This document shows, piece after piece, positions 35,701 to 47,943 of a stretch of 64,000 nt of DNA. Numbering within the stretch: the first letter of the stretch is position 1; every line of letters starts with the position of its first letter. Origin of the DNA: Hypanus sabinus (lineage: Eukaryota); contig NC_082716.1 of the NCBI RefSeq assembly GCF_030144855.1, positions 43,834,001-43,898,000 on the forward strand. The letters run 5' to 3'. The position numbers and the translations under genes were made by a program. The notes under the pieces were generated by a model. It did not search any database, was not told the origin of the DNA, and was given only the letters and a program-made list of their open reading frames with translations.

Positions 35701-38700
35701 AAGAGGATCCGTGTTCTAGCTCTCTAGATTTGACTATCAAGCCTATTCCACGCCCTTGTGATGCTCAAACAACAGGCTTTGATGTCCTGTGCCAAACCCT
35801 AATGGATATTGTTCTGGGAGAGATGCAAATGAAAGAGATGCAAATTTTCAATCTAAGGCAAGGGAGGAAAAATAAGGTTAATTAACATTTGCAAACAAGA
35901 GAAAATCAGCAAATGTTGGAAATCTGAGTAACACACACAAAATGCTGGAGGAGCTCAGCCAGCCAGGCAGCATCTATGGAACAGAGTACAGTCGACATTA
36001 TGGGCTGCGACCCTTCAGCAGGACTAAAGGAAAAAAGAATGAGTAAAATTGAAAGGTGGAGGGAGAGGCACACAGGGTGATGGGTGTTACTGGGAGGGGA
36101 GGGTTAAAGAAAAGAACTGGGAATTTGATTGGTGAGAGAGATCAGGGTTGGAGAGGAGGGAATTTAATAGAAGAGGACAGAAGGCCCTGGAAAGAAGGAA
36201 AGGGGGGAGGAGTCCCAGAAATGGGCAGGCAAGGAGATAAGGTGAGAGAGAGAAGAGGAGTGGGGGCATTACAGGAAGTTCGAGAAATCGATGGTCGTAC
36301 CGTTAGGTTGGAAGCTACCCAGACAGATGATAAGGTGTTGTTCCTCCAACCTGAGTGTGGCTTCATTGCGACCTTAGAGGAGGCCATGGACTGACATATG
36401 GGAATTGTAAGTGGAATTAAAATGGGTGGCCAGGGAGATCCTGCTTTTTCTGGCAGGTGAAGCATAGGTGCTCAGCGAAGCGGTCTCCTAATCTACGTCA
36501 GGATCAAATTATCATTTGGTCAAATTGGACAATTGAAGCAAGTTCATGAGACCATGTTTATATTTCTTGCTGATTTATAGGTTTATACTGGTCTGGGAAA
36601 AGAACTGCTAAATAAAGTCTGTTTATATCCCTCCGTAGATGCTGTCTGACTTAATGAGTTCCTCCAGCATTTTGTGTGTGTGGCTAATGATTTCCAGCCT
36701 TTGCAGAATCTTTGGTTTAAGTCTAACTTGGCTCTTTCCTGTTTTATTTGCATCACCCTGTATTCCCCCTCAATGAGTCATTTGGAGTCGGCAGAATAAT
36801 ATTACTTGAAAATATCTTGTAAATAGCTCCTATCCAAAGGCAATATCCCTGACTATGTAAGTGGACATGAGTAACAGAAGTTGTTCTTGAGCAGAACGCA
36901 CCCCGACCCCCGAATGTTTCTAACTGGATGTATTGTTCTTAATGTTAGAACATAGAGCAGTAAGCACAGGAACATTTGATCTCTGGACAAATGTGGTAGC
37001 AAATTAACTTAAATCTTTTCTGCCTGTATGTGGCGCATGTCCGATCATTTCCTGTGTGATCAGCTGTCTATCTAAAAAAATCTCTAAAATAAGACCATCA
37101 TACCTGCTTTCACCACTACCCCTGGCAACCCATTCCAGTCACACCTACTGCTCTCTATTTTAAAAAAAAATTGCTTTAAACTTCTTCCCCCTCCCCTTAG
37201 ATACATGCCCTTTAGTATTTGACTATTCTACCTTGGAAGAAATGTTATGTCTGCACTAAAGTTAGAGTATAGAACAATACTGAACATTACAGGCCCTTTG
37301 GCCCACTTTGTTGGCCCAACTTTTTAACCTCCATGATCAAGTGAGTCCTTCCCTCCCACCCTGCCCCCATTTTCTTTCATCTGTGTGCTTATCTAAGAGT
37401 CTCTTTAATAAGACTAATGTACCTGCCTACCACCAATCCAGCAGTGTATTCCATCCAATAACCACTTGGTGTTCTTTCAAAAAAAAAACACTGCCTCTGA
37501 TGTTTCTCCTATACTTTCCTTTGATCACCTTAAAAATATGTCCTCTCATGTTAGTCATTGTTGGCCTGGGAAAAAAGCACTGGTTGTCCACTCTACTTAT
37601 GCCTCTTACCATATACACATCTATCAAAACTCCTCTGCTCCAAGAGAAAAACTCTACTAAGCTCAACATTATAGGACATGCTCTCTAATCCAGGCAGCAT
37701 CCTGGCAAATATCTTCTGCATCCTCTCTAAAACTTCCACATCCTTCCTATAATGAGGAGACCAAAACTGAACACATTACTCCAAATGTGGTTTGACCAGA
37801 GTTTTACAGAGCTGTAACATTACCTTTACAGATCTTGAACTAAGTCCCCCGATGAATGAAGGTCAACACACGCCGCCTTTAACATGTGTGGCAACTTTGA
37901 AAGATCTATGGACATGGACCCCAAGATCACTTTCTTCATCCATACTGTTAAGAATCCTGCTATTAGCCTATACTCTGCTTCAAGTTCAACCTTCCAAAGT
38001 GAATCACTTCCCACAGTTCCTTTATTTTACTTTATTTGCTTTATTTGCCACTTCTTCGCCCAACTCTGCATCTTGTCAATGTCACTTTATAACCCAAGAT
38101 ATCCTTATATATTCATAATGATGATATTCATTAACATCAACCTTCAGATCATCATCAAAGCTACTAACCCTCCCTTCCACTTCCTCATTCAAGTCAATTA
38201 TAAAAATCATAATGAGCAGTGGTCTCCCAGTGCAGATCCCTGTGGAGCACCATAAACCATGGATCTCCAGGTAGTATCCATTCCATCTGCTGCCACCTTC
38301 CGTGGGCAAGCCAATTCTGAACTCATGCAGGCAATTTTCCCTGGATTCCATGCCTCCTGACTTTTGAATGAGCTGCCATAAGGAAGGTTGTTGAACTCCT
38401 TGCTGAAATCCATATTCACCACATCCACTTCTGTACCTTCATTAATTTGTTTAGTCACTTCCTCAAAAAAAAGTCAATCAGGCTCATGAAGCCTGGCCTG
38501 CTCCTCACAAAGCCACACTGACGATCCCTGATCAGACCATGCTTCTCCAAATACTGGTAAATCCTACCTTTAAAAATTGTCTCCAATAGTCTGCCACTTC
38601 TGCTATAAGACTCACTGGTCTATAATTCCCAGGATTAACCTCTAACCCTTTTTATTGAACAAAAGAATAACTTTCTTGTGGCACTACTCCTGTGGTCAGT

Positions 38701-41700
38701 GAGGACACAAAAGATCATCACTGATGGTGCTGCAATCACTTCCCTTGTTTTCCCATAATAACCTGGGGTATATCTTGCCCCAGTGATATATCTGTCCTAA
38801 TGTTTTTCAAAAGTACTAACACGTCCTCTTTTTAACCTCCACATGTTCCAGCTTGTTGGCTTGTTCTACACTGACCTCACATTCATCAAGGTCCTGCTCA
38901 CCGGTGACTACTGCAACAAAGTATTAATTACGAACCCCCAACCTTCTCTGGCTTTCTGCTTTTTCCCCGTTCGGTCCTACCCTATTCTTCACATGTGTAA
39001 AATGCCATAATGTTTTCTTTACCAAGGTCTTCACATGTCCCCTTCTAGCTCTCCAATTCCCTTCTTAAGTTCCTTCTTCCTGGCCTCTTGTAATTCTCTG
39101 GAGCCCTGTCAGGTCCTTGCTTCCTGAATCTTAAGTTTTCTTTTTTCTTCCTCTTGACTAAATGTTCTACTTCACTTGTTAACAGCGGTTCCTTCACCCT
39201 ACCATCCTTTCCCTGACTCAGTTGGGCAAACTTACCCAGAACTCCACACAAGTGCTGCCAAAACAACCTCCACATTCCTGAGAACAGCTGTCTCCAATTT
39301 ATGCTCCCAAATATTTATTTATTGATGTACAGCATGGAGTAGGCCATTTGAGCCATGCTGCCCAGCAATCCCCCAATTTAATCCTAGCCTAATCACAGGA
39401 CAATTTACAATGACCAATTAATCTACGAATTGGTACATCTTTAAACTGTGCAATGAAACTGGAGCACCCAGAGGACACCCACTCAGTCAGGGGGAGAACA
39501 TACAAGCTCCTTATCAGCAGTGGTGGGAATTGAACCCAGGTCATTGATACTGTAAAGCGTTGTGCTAACCACTACGTTACCGTGCCACCCGGGATAGCTA
39601 CCTAATAGCATTATGGTCAGCCCTTTCCCAATTAAATACTTTTCCTTTAGATGTCTAAATAAGTCATACAGAAGGATAACATGATGTGGTTTATTGAATT
39701 TTATTTGAGTATTTCTCCCATTGCTTTTGTAGGATGATGAGGAGCCAAAGGATTCGGCACTTAGCCCAGATGGAGGTTATGTACCTAGGATTTTATTCTT
39801 GGGTAAGAATTAAGTTCCTGCCATGTTTCTTCCCTGGTTAGCACGGCTGAGTTGTCGCCATCTGTGAGATTACCAAATCAACCCATTCTGAACATTGTAA
39901 AACTGGTCTCCACTTCAACTAAAACTTACAATTTGCAAATGAATGCCACAATTTTGTCCCACCAACTTTTTGTTTTTCTACTGAAAGGAGATGCTTTTAA
40001 CTATTTAAAGAGCAGACAATTCTGGCAGATGATATTTGCTTCTTAAATTGTACCTCTTCAGTTGTATAGTATTAGTTATTTGCTGATCTATGAAGTGCTT
40101 CTCTCTGAAATTTAATAGGTTCATCATGTGTTTTAGAAAGATTTGTTTGGCCAATAGTTATGAGTGAATTGCTAAAGTAATCAAATACAATTTCAGAAAT
40201 TATCTGCTTTTTGACCTATTGATTGATTAATCATGAATTTCTCTTCTATTCATTCCATTTGTTGTTGATTACTTTGCAGATGCTCGAGGAAATGTTCATC
40301 CTGAGGTCACTAATCAAAAGGGAAATCCCAAATACAAATATTTCTACAGTTCTGCTGACCAAGGTGAGTGTGTTTCTTTATCAAATACTTGTGCTTTTGG
40401 AACCCATCCAATCTTAGTTCTTTTGTCATTGTACAGTGTATTGGGCTGGCATTCAAGGTTGGAATGTACACCTGGCTTTTGGTTTAGATAACCATCTGTT
40501 AGAGGATAGAAGAGATATGCACACTGCCTGTAAGGAGTTTGTACATTCTCATTGTGACCATGTGGGTTTCCTCTGGGTGCTCTGGTTTCCTCCCACAGTC
40601 CAAAGACGTACCGGTTGGTAGGTTAATTGGTCCTCGAAGATTGTCCCCGATTAGGCTAGAATTAAATCGGGATTGCTGCGTAGTCCAATTTAAAGGGCTG
40701 GAAAGGCTTCTTCTGTGCTGCCTGTCAATCAATCAATCAATACATAAATAATGAAATGACTTGAATGCTTTGTCTCACTAATTAAAATTTGAACGAATGA
40801 ACACGATCTTTAGCAAATACGAGGAAATCTGTAGATGCTGGAAATTCAAACAACAACAACACACAAAATGCTGGCGGAACACAGCAGGCCGGGCAGCATC
40901 TATAGGAGATGCACTGTCGACGTTTCGGGCTGAGACCCTTCATCAGGATAAAAGGTCTCGGCCCGAAACATCGACAGTGCTTCTCCTATAGATGCTGCCT
41001 AGCCTGCTGTGTTCCACCAGCATTTTGAATACAATCTTTATTTGGTGTTGTTTATTCTCATTTTTTCATCTGGTAATTGAGAGACCTAAGCCATTGAGAA
41101 CGTCCTTTACCTTAATACAAATATAATTTTGCATCTGGTGTGTGTGTAAAATAAAATCAATAATTTTATCAATCACTCCATTAGCCAAAACATGTACATA
41201 TGCTACCATTTGATGCAGTGATTTTCTGGAATGAAATCTTGATATGATTAATGCCTTTGTAAAAATGCTGATTGTTTTTAGTAATTATGTCCATGGAAAC
41301 AGAATTACTTTGATCATGTCATTGGCCAGTAAGGGGTTTCTGCATTTTTTTATCGCTATTCTATGATTGTTTTGGGGGAGGCACAGTTCATTTAAATAAT
41401 CAAAAACTGGACACACTTTCTTCAGTTGGAACTGTCTAATTAAAATTCAACACTAATGCACAATATGCTCTGAGTTCCAGAATGAATTGTGTGAATAAAA
41501 AGTAGTTGCTGAATGCTTTTCCAATGGTTTGGAGGGAAAATTAGTTTGCCAATCACATCCCACAATGCGGATGTAACCTCTGGATCAAGAGAAGCTGATT
41601 TGCATAAATTACTGATGGACTGATACTGTCAACTACTTTTGTCAATTGTCTTCTGAATCAGCTGACATCTCTTAAGTAAGACTAAGACATAAGAGCAGAA

Positions 41701-43235
41701 TTAGACCATTTGGCCCATCAAGTCTGCTCTGCTATTCCATCATGGCTGATTTATTATCCCTCTCATCCCATTCTCCTGCCTTATCCCTGTAACCTTTGAA
41801 GCCCTTACGAATCAAGGGCCTGTCAATCTTTGTTTCAAGTATACCCAATGACTTGGTCTCCACAGCCACATGTGCAATAATGTCCACAGATTTACTCTGG
41901 TTCAAAGTATTTCTCAGTCTTCTATTCTGAGGTTGTGCCCTAGTGCAGACAGCTACAAAACAAAGAAACACCATTCAAGCACCCAACATGCAAAGGAAGC
42001 ATGCAAATTTTGAAAAATGAGTACATAACACACAGTATGTTAAACCTCAAACCACAGAGTCCTTGAAACAGTCAAGGACTGTCCAGCGGACCTTGGGAGC
42101 CGGCACAGGTTGGGACCTGCCACCTGTAGTGTTTCTGTTCCATTGATGGGAAGCGATCATGATTAAAAATAAAGTGGCAATAATAAAGCGTTTGGAAAGA
42201 GGTGAAATGTCATCGGTCATTGGAAAAGCGTTAGGCTACAGTTGGTCAATGATCAGAACAATTTTAAAGGATAAAGTGAGAATAATGGAGCACGTGAAAG
42301 ACCCTGCCCCGATGAAAACTACAATTATTACTAAACAACGCAGCGGTTTAATTATTGGAATACATACGTTTCTTAAGTGTTTTCTATGCATAGAAAGGTA
42401 AAGTATATACTATATACTAAGACAAACATTTGACTAACTGACGCTAAGTAACACCGGATGTACTTGTTCCGACTTGCGTACAAATCTGACTTAAAGACGG
42501 ACTCAGGAACGGAACTCGTACGTAACCCGGGGACTGCCTGTATTTTCTCATCCTTTTGAAATGAATGCCAACATTGCATTTGCCTTCCTTCCCTCTGACT
42601 CAACCTGAGTTGTCACAGTGCAGAAAAAATTTCTCAAACTTTAATCAGCACTGGTCTGACCAAGCCAAGTTTAGGGCGCTGGCTCAGCAAGAAATGCTGG
42701 CAGATTCCAGCAAGGCTGGGCACTGTGGTTGGACTTGATGGGGAAAACCAAAATTGGAAATCAGTTATAGATTACTACTTCTGGATCAGTCAATAAGTCC
42801 ATGTTTGCCCTATAAAGATGGAATGAGACTTGAGTGTTGTTTCAGAGGTTCTGATGGTGACTTAAAGAATCTGTGTTATCTAGTCCAATCAGAATTTGAA
42901 ACACTTCAAATCAAAGCCTTAAAAATAATTATGATTAAAATGTCATTCACTGCTCTTTGAACTCAGACTTTCCAAAATCCTTTTAACTGAAACATTTGAT
43001 GAAAGGAGAATTTTCATAGTGTATGTAACTGTTTTCTCAATTAGTTAGTGATATAAGTAAAATGTTACAAGATTTTATTATTTAACTTGGCTAGAAGTTT
43101 TTATATCTGATCTCTGAATAACCTCTTAAAAAGTCTGTGTTCTGGTTTCATTTAGTGGTAGCTGCTATGAAGGAAGCCCAAGAAAAGCTGACTGGTGACG
43201 TAGCTACACAACAACGATACACAGATGAATTTTGA
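32537..43235 (+). CDS. TXNDC12: TXNDC12 (ERp18/AGR1) thioredoxin domain-containing protein 12; 7 exons, 168 aa: join(32537-32621,33080-33140,35432-35484,35625-35698,39733-39802,40280-40363,43156-43235)
   Basis: Spliced 507-nt frame with GT-AG introns and consistent phases: signal peptide, [69 protein letters not shown]. Confidence 0.97.
33080..33140 (+). CDS. TXNDC12: TXNDC12 exon 2
   Basis: [19 protein letters not shown]; ttttcag acceptor and gt donor. Confidence 0.96.
34540..34946 (+). mobile_element. Non-autonomous RTE-derived element (RTE-type 5' UTR joined to a 3' tail)
   Basis: 5' part resembles the BovB/RTE 5' UTR pattern (cttgc..caatga....gagcta...ggtcacccatgcc...gtggtcc); ends in (gtaa)n; no ORF. 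Confidence 0.55.
35432..35484 (+). CDS. TXNDC12: TXNDC12 exon 3 (active site WCGAC)
   Basis: [17 protein letters not shown]. Confidence 0.97.
35625..35698 (+). CDS. TXNDC12: TXNDC12 exon 4
   Basis: [24 protein letters not shown]; GTAAGA donor. Confidence 0.97.
35888..36710 (-). mobile_element. Penelope-like element 3' part (about 35888-36500) with a small inverted terminal piece (about 36625-36710)
   Basis: Minus strand encodes an LEEQHL..RLGSLQP-like GIY-YIG end; decayed hammerhead at about 35989-36025. Confidence 0.75.
36945..39300 (-). mobile_element. CR1 fragments (at least two nested 3' ends plus RT region)
   Basis: [27 protein letters not shown] motifs on the minus strand. Confidence 0.8.
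39312..39590 (-). mobile_element. tRNA-derived V-SINE (HE1-like)
   Basis: Minus strand has an A box (ggtaacgtagtggttagc), a B box (ggttcaattccc) and the V-domain gggtgctccagtttc..cacagt. Confidence 0.85.
39733..39802 (+). CDS. TXNDC12: TXNDC12 exon 5
   Basis: [23 protein letters not shown]. Confidence 0.97.
40280..40363 (+). CDS. TXNDC12: TXNDC12 exon 6
   Basis: [27 protein letters not shown]; GTGAGT donor. Confidence 0.97.
40520..40750 (+). mobile_element. 5'-truncated V-SINE
   Basis: V-domain ctgtaaggagtttgtac...gggtgctctggtttcctcccacagtccaaagac; (atca)n/(ataa)n tail. Confidence 0.85.
40813..41027. mobile_element. Fold-back mini Penelope-like element carrying a hammerhead motif
   Basis: Inverted arms of about 77 bp (40864-40940 / 40951-41027); TSD of about 13 bp AAcACgATCTTTA / AAtACaATCTTTA; minus strand CTGATGA AGGGTCTCAGCCC GAAA CGTC. 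Confidence 0.8.
41676..41940 (-). mobile_element. CR1 3' end
   Basis: taagac tail and reverse-complement CR1 3' UTR motifs. Confidence 0.7.
42080..42540 (+). mobile_element. Tigger/pogo-type DNA transposon fragment
   Basis: ORF 42159-42401 [12 protein letters not shown]...IGKALG...IRTILKDK resembles a CENP-B/psq HTH; right TIR ...cgtaacccggggactgcctg|TA. Confidence 0.8.
43156..43235 (+). CDS. TXNDC12: TXNDC12 exon 7 (coding part, ends TDEF*)
   Basis: [28 protein letters not shown]. Confidence 0.95.
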
Positions 43236-44189
43236 GCTGATCATCCACTGGCTTCTCCACACTGACAATCCACATTGTCGGACAAGAAAGATCGTTAAAA
43301 TTATCCAAGATCATTTACTGATTTATCATTATGATATTATTTGAAGGTTATTTTAAATTTTTATTTACTGATTTTCAAAATCAGTAAATCTAGAAAGATA
43401 TTCTTACACTTTCAGATCTTTGGGAGATCATAACTATTTTAAGGACTTGTGGGATAGCTGATTGTATTCATGTTAATGGTAATACGTCAATGCATTTACA
43501 TCAATGCAAATTCTAAGTAAATTTTGCAGAGACATTCTTCAAAAAGAACAGTTTTTCAGCTGTCATGAAAAATTGGTGCCTAAAACATTGTTTAGTGCAA
43601 TAACTGTTACAAACTACATATGTGACATGATGTATTTTGCATGGATCCAAATTGCTTTTTCCCTAGGCTACAGATAAAGCCTTGTTGAACTTCAATAGTC
43701 TTTTCCTAGGCTACTTAAATATAGAGTATTTCCTTAGACTGACTTTGCTCAAACTCATTTGGTGATAGTTTGAGCTCTCAGTTGATACTTGGAGGTTAAT
43801 ACTGAATTATGTATTTAGAAACATTAATTTAGTTAACAGAAAAGAGGCATGACTTTCAATTCCAGCAGCAAGTCTGGTATCATAGAGTTCTGACTTGAGC
43901 CACGTTATTTTAAATTAAAATTACTTAATGGCTTTTCAAGAAATTCCATTCTCCCCTGTTCCATAGATGGTCTAATTATATATTTGCTGAAGTATGGTGT
44001 TAGCCCGGGAATTTGGCTGCACACATTAGAGCTTCTGGTTTTTGGAATCATGGAAGTTTTTGGTTGAACACCCTTGCAGAGTGGAAACCTGATGAATACA
44101 CAGTGGAGAAAAGTGAATTCATGATGTCTGCAGCACTAAGCGAAGGGGAAACTTAAGCCTGATTAAGCTTAAATGAAAACAAGACTTGG

Positions 44190-44735
44190 GGATGCTTTTG
44201 TATTATTCCTGGTGGCCAGCCCTTTAATTCTAATTGCCATTTCCATCCCGACATTCCATGGCCTCTAGTGCCATGATGAGGCCACTCACAGAGTGGAGGA
44301 GCAACACCTCATAATCCATCTTGGCAGCCTCCAACCTGATGGCATGAACATCAATTTCTCCTTTCGATATTTTTTTTCTTTTCCCCTCCCCCTTCCCTAT
44401 TTTTCTGCCCCCCCCCCCCCAAACTCTGGCCTATTAATTATTCTTCTCACCTGTCTATCACCTCCCCCTGGTGTCCCACCTTCTTTCCTTTCTCCCATGG
44501 TCCACACTTCTGTCCTGTCAACTTCCTTCTTCTCCAGCCTTTTACCTTTTCAAATACCTGGCTTCACCTATCTCCTTCGGGGTTTGTCTTCCCTCCCCTC
44601 TTCCCACCTATTCTTGTGTTTTCCCACTTCTTTTCCAGTCCTGATGAAGGGTCTTTGCTGAAACTGACTGTCATTCATTCTCGAAGGATGTTGCGTGACC
44701 TGCTGAGTTCCTCCAGCATTTTGTGTTTGTTGCTC
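44190..44735 (+). mobile_element. Penelope-like element 3' end
   Basis: EEQHLIIHLGSLQPDGMNINF (GIY-YIG C-terminus), pyrimidine-rich spacer, CAGTCCTGATGAAGGGTC...GAAAC.GACTG at about 44636-44670. Confidence 0.82.
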
Positions 44736-46069
44736 TGTATTAATTGTTATTTTTCAAATGGGTTAGCACATTTACCAAAATATTATTTTGCAGCTTAAAT
44801 ATTTGTCACAAAGATCATGTCAAATTATAATGACAACTGGAAACCTCTGAGTATTAGCATTTCTGAATTCAAATGATTTTTAAGTCTTAATGAAGTGTTA
44901 ATCCTAAATAGCTATTTAAATAATAGCTTTAATATGGTTCTGCTGATTCGGATACTAATCAAATACGTGGGATAAGTTTCAGCCGCTTGTTTTGCATACT
45001 TGAGGTGGTAAAAATTTCCTAGAACTGTTTCTTAGCGCCAATATATTTATAAAGAATATTTCCTGTCTTTGATTGTTTTGGCTTAATAGAGTCATATGGG
45101 GCCATGTAAGAATATTCTTTTCTCCTGTATATTTCATTTTTTAACAGAACATATAATCCTGGTGTATGTGTCAGATTGGAAATGGTCTCTGATGAAAATT
45201 TACAAGAATCAAATCAAAAAGCCAATGTAATTTCTGTACTTTTAAACTATTAATATCCTGTCTCTAAAGCAAATCAGACTGGTAAAACCGAGGTTTTCTT
45301 TCTGTTGAAATGTATGAAGGGAAATCCTTGAAGATATAATGGAGTGGGGTGCAGTGTAATTGTACTTGTATTTTATCCTGTATTTTTGATACATTTTTTG
45401 GAATGAAAAATATAAAGCTGAAAGAATTGTGCAGTGTATATATGGAACATCGTTCTACTTTTTAAAATATTTTGCTTCCAAGTAACTTTCCTCAGTCATT
45501 TGGATTGGAGTGATTGATTTCTTTGAGTATGTAGAAAGCTCGGCACCAGAAGAACAGTTGGTTTATACTTCCATTTGGCAGGCAGCAATTCTATAAACAA
45601 AAATTGAACAAGTTGGTGATGAACACCTCCATGATCAGATTTTTATCAAAGTTCTAATTTATGCAAACTTTGAATGCAAATACAGCCATGGGTACCACTA
45701 TATGTTACATAAAGATGGCTGAGGTTTATGTTTAATTGCACAAAAGTGGAATTTAAATTGAAAACAATAATAAGGACCTTTTGTCTTTTAGTTTAAGATT
45801 ATTTTCAATAATTTTAGAAACATTACTGGTTTGCAATGGTAATGATTGCTAACAAGGCAAAATAGTTGAAAGCAAGTGGAATTTAAAAATGGTTATTTTG
45901 AAGGGGATCTAAGTTTCAGAAGGTATTGCCCCTCAAACATCAGGAGTGTACTTGAGCAAGATGTGTTAATTTAAGCAATTGAGGGATTGCTTAGAGGCAG
46001 CTGCTGTTTAAAAGTAGAAAAATCAACTGTAATCAACAGTATTTCTGAATGCAGATTTATAAAATAAAT

Positions 46070-46266
46070 TAGTTCCTCTCCGTGGCTTGTGGTGCATTGG
46101 GCAGCAACCTTGCCGTTTCTTTAGCATTTGTTTTTATGAGGCTGAGTTGTTAGCTCGATGTTCAACCCAGTACAGATTGAAAGTGTGCAAGGAGCTGGCC
46201 AGGTTCAAACCCAGAACTACTCATCTCAAAGTCCAGTGTTACCGCCACCACACTAATGGCCGGCTT
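46070..46266 (-). mobile_element. tRNA-derived SINE (second family)
   Basis: Minus strand has decayed A and B boxes (gtgtggtggc..actggactttgag...gggtttgaacctggcc). Confidence 0.6.
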
Positions 46267-47369
46267 TACAAAGTAAGTAAGCAAGCTGTAAGAAGAGATG
46301 ATAAATATGAACAAGATTTGACCACAATGCTGCTGAGATACATCTAGGATGCACTGGGTCACATCACCAGGTCTTTTAACATCGCACAGGTTACAAAGCC
46401 AGCGTTGATCAGGCCCCAGCTTGTGTCCTGGCAGCACTAGTCCATACCCCTCTGAAGGCATGCTGGGCAGCCTTTGTGACGGTCCTGATGGCTCTCTGCA
46501 GTCATCCTAATGCCAAGTAGATTATGCAGAGCAAGCAGTCAGCAAAACCTGTACATCTCATCTCAATAGCTCACAACATGCCCTCCAGCCTTGCCTGTGG
46601 CATTGCTGTACCACCTCCTGGTATTTGGCTGCCTTATGCTGAACACCTCTTCCATCTGGCCTCAAAGCATTGTCAGTTCTACCATGACCAACTCCTTTGA
46701 AGTTTCTGACAGCTTTGTGAACAATCTTTCTCATTTAATTTGATCACGACAGGTCTTTCCTAGACTTTAGTCCAAAAAACTGTGGAAAATTATACATTTT
46801 AAAAATATTTATATTTTTCTAGCTATAGAACAGTGACACCTTTGCCCAAATCTAATGGCGATGGTAACTCTCCCAATATCTCACAGAGTAAGCATGCATC
46901 CAGTATGTTGAATAGGCTGTTCTTCCTGGGGTAATAGCTGATTTGTGCCTGCTTCTCCTTGATAAACAGTACATTCACATTGATTGCCCATCCTGATACT
47001 AATTCTCAGTTTGCACGCATTATAGACTGAATTTTCTGTGGCATAGGGGCACTGAGTTTGCCTTGAATGTCATAATCATACAAAGTGTGCAAGTATTATT
47101 GTATATCACATTCTCCACAATTGGTCTTTATTGCCCTTTTGTTTCTCAGCTGCTTCTGATGTGAAAGAACATTGCAGACTGACTTTTGAGGCAGCAATTG
47201 CAAAATGGTCTGCTGCCATCTTGTGGCACAGTGTTGGACACAGTCATGGATTTGCCAGAGCATACAGTGTTTTAACTAAATTTGAACCTGCTTGAGTAAA
47301 TATCTTGATTTTTGCTTGAGTTTAAGGAAGGTTTCAATGGAGGGAGATTGGGGTAATAAGTACTGCTTT

Positions 47370-47632
47370 ATGTAACCACAGTTAGTGTGATATTATTACA
47401 GATCAGGCTCTCGGAGTTCAGTTCCAGAGTTGTTTCCAAGGAGTTTGCATGTCCTTCCCGTGAGCTCGTGTGTTTTCTCCGGGTGCTCTGGCTTCCTCCG
47501 AAGACGTGCTGGTTAGGTGGTTAACTGGTCATTGTAAATTGTCCTGTGATTAGGCTAGGATTTAATAGGTGGTTTGCTGGGCAGTGTAGCTGGTTGGGCT
47601 GGAAGGGCTCATTCCATGCTGTATCTCTAAAT
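47370..47632 (+). mobile_element. V-SINE
   Basis: V-domain ccgggtgctctggcttcctc...ggtcattgtaaattgtcc. Confidence 0.8.
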
Positions 47633-47679
47633 GAAACACTTTGGTGATAATATTTTTCCTCTGACACTTATTCAGTGTA

Positions 47680-47943
47680 ATTTAGAGATGCAGCATGATA
47701 ACAGGCCCTTTTGGTGGGCCTAACAAGCCTGTGTTGTCTAATTGCACCTCTTTGATCAATAACCAAATAGTTGGTACATCTTTGGACTGTTGGGGGGGGG
47801 GGGAAGGGGAACTGGAGCAGCTGAAGGAAATCCATGCAGTCCAGGCGAAAAAGTACAAACTCCTTACAGGCACCGGCAGGTATTGAACCTTGGTAACTGG
47901 CACTGTAATAGTTTTCTGCGAACTGCTACGCTACCGTTTCACC
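47680..47943 (-). mobile_element. V-SINE, opposite orientation to its neighbour
   Basis: Minus-strand A box ggtagcgtagcagtt, B box ggttcaatacc, ctgtaaggagtttgtac. Confidence 0.75.

Noticed and set aside
39500-39590. tRNA gene
   Set aside because: A/B boxes run into a V-domain and tail, so this is a SINE head rather than a cloverleaf tRNA
43233-43400. TGA read-through as selenocysteine with the 3' hairpin as a SECIS
   Set aside because: The active site is Cys-Cys, the TGA follows a KDEL-like terminus, and the hairpin lacks the AUGA/GA quartet architecture
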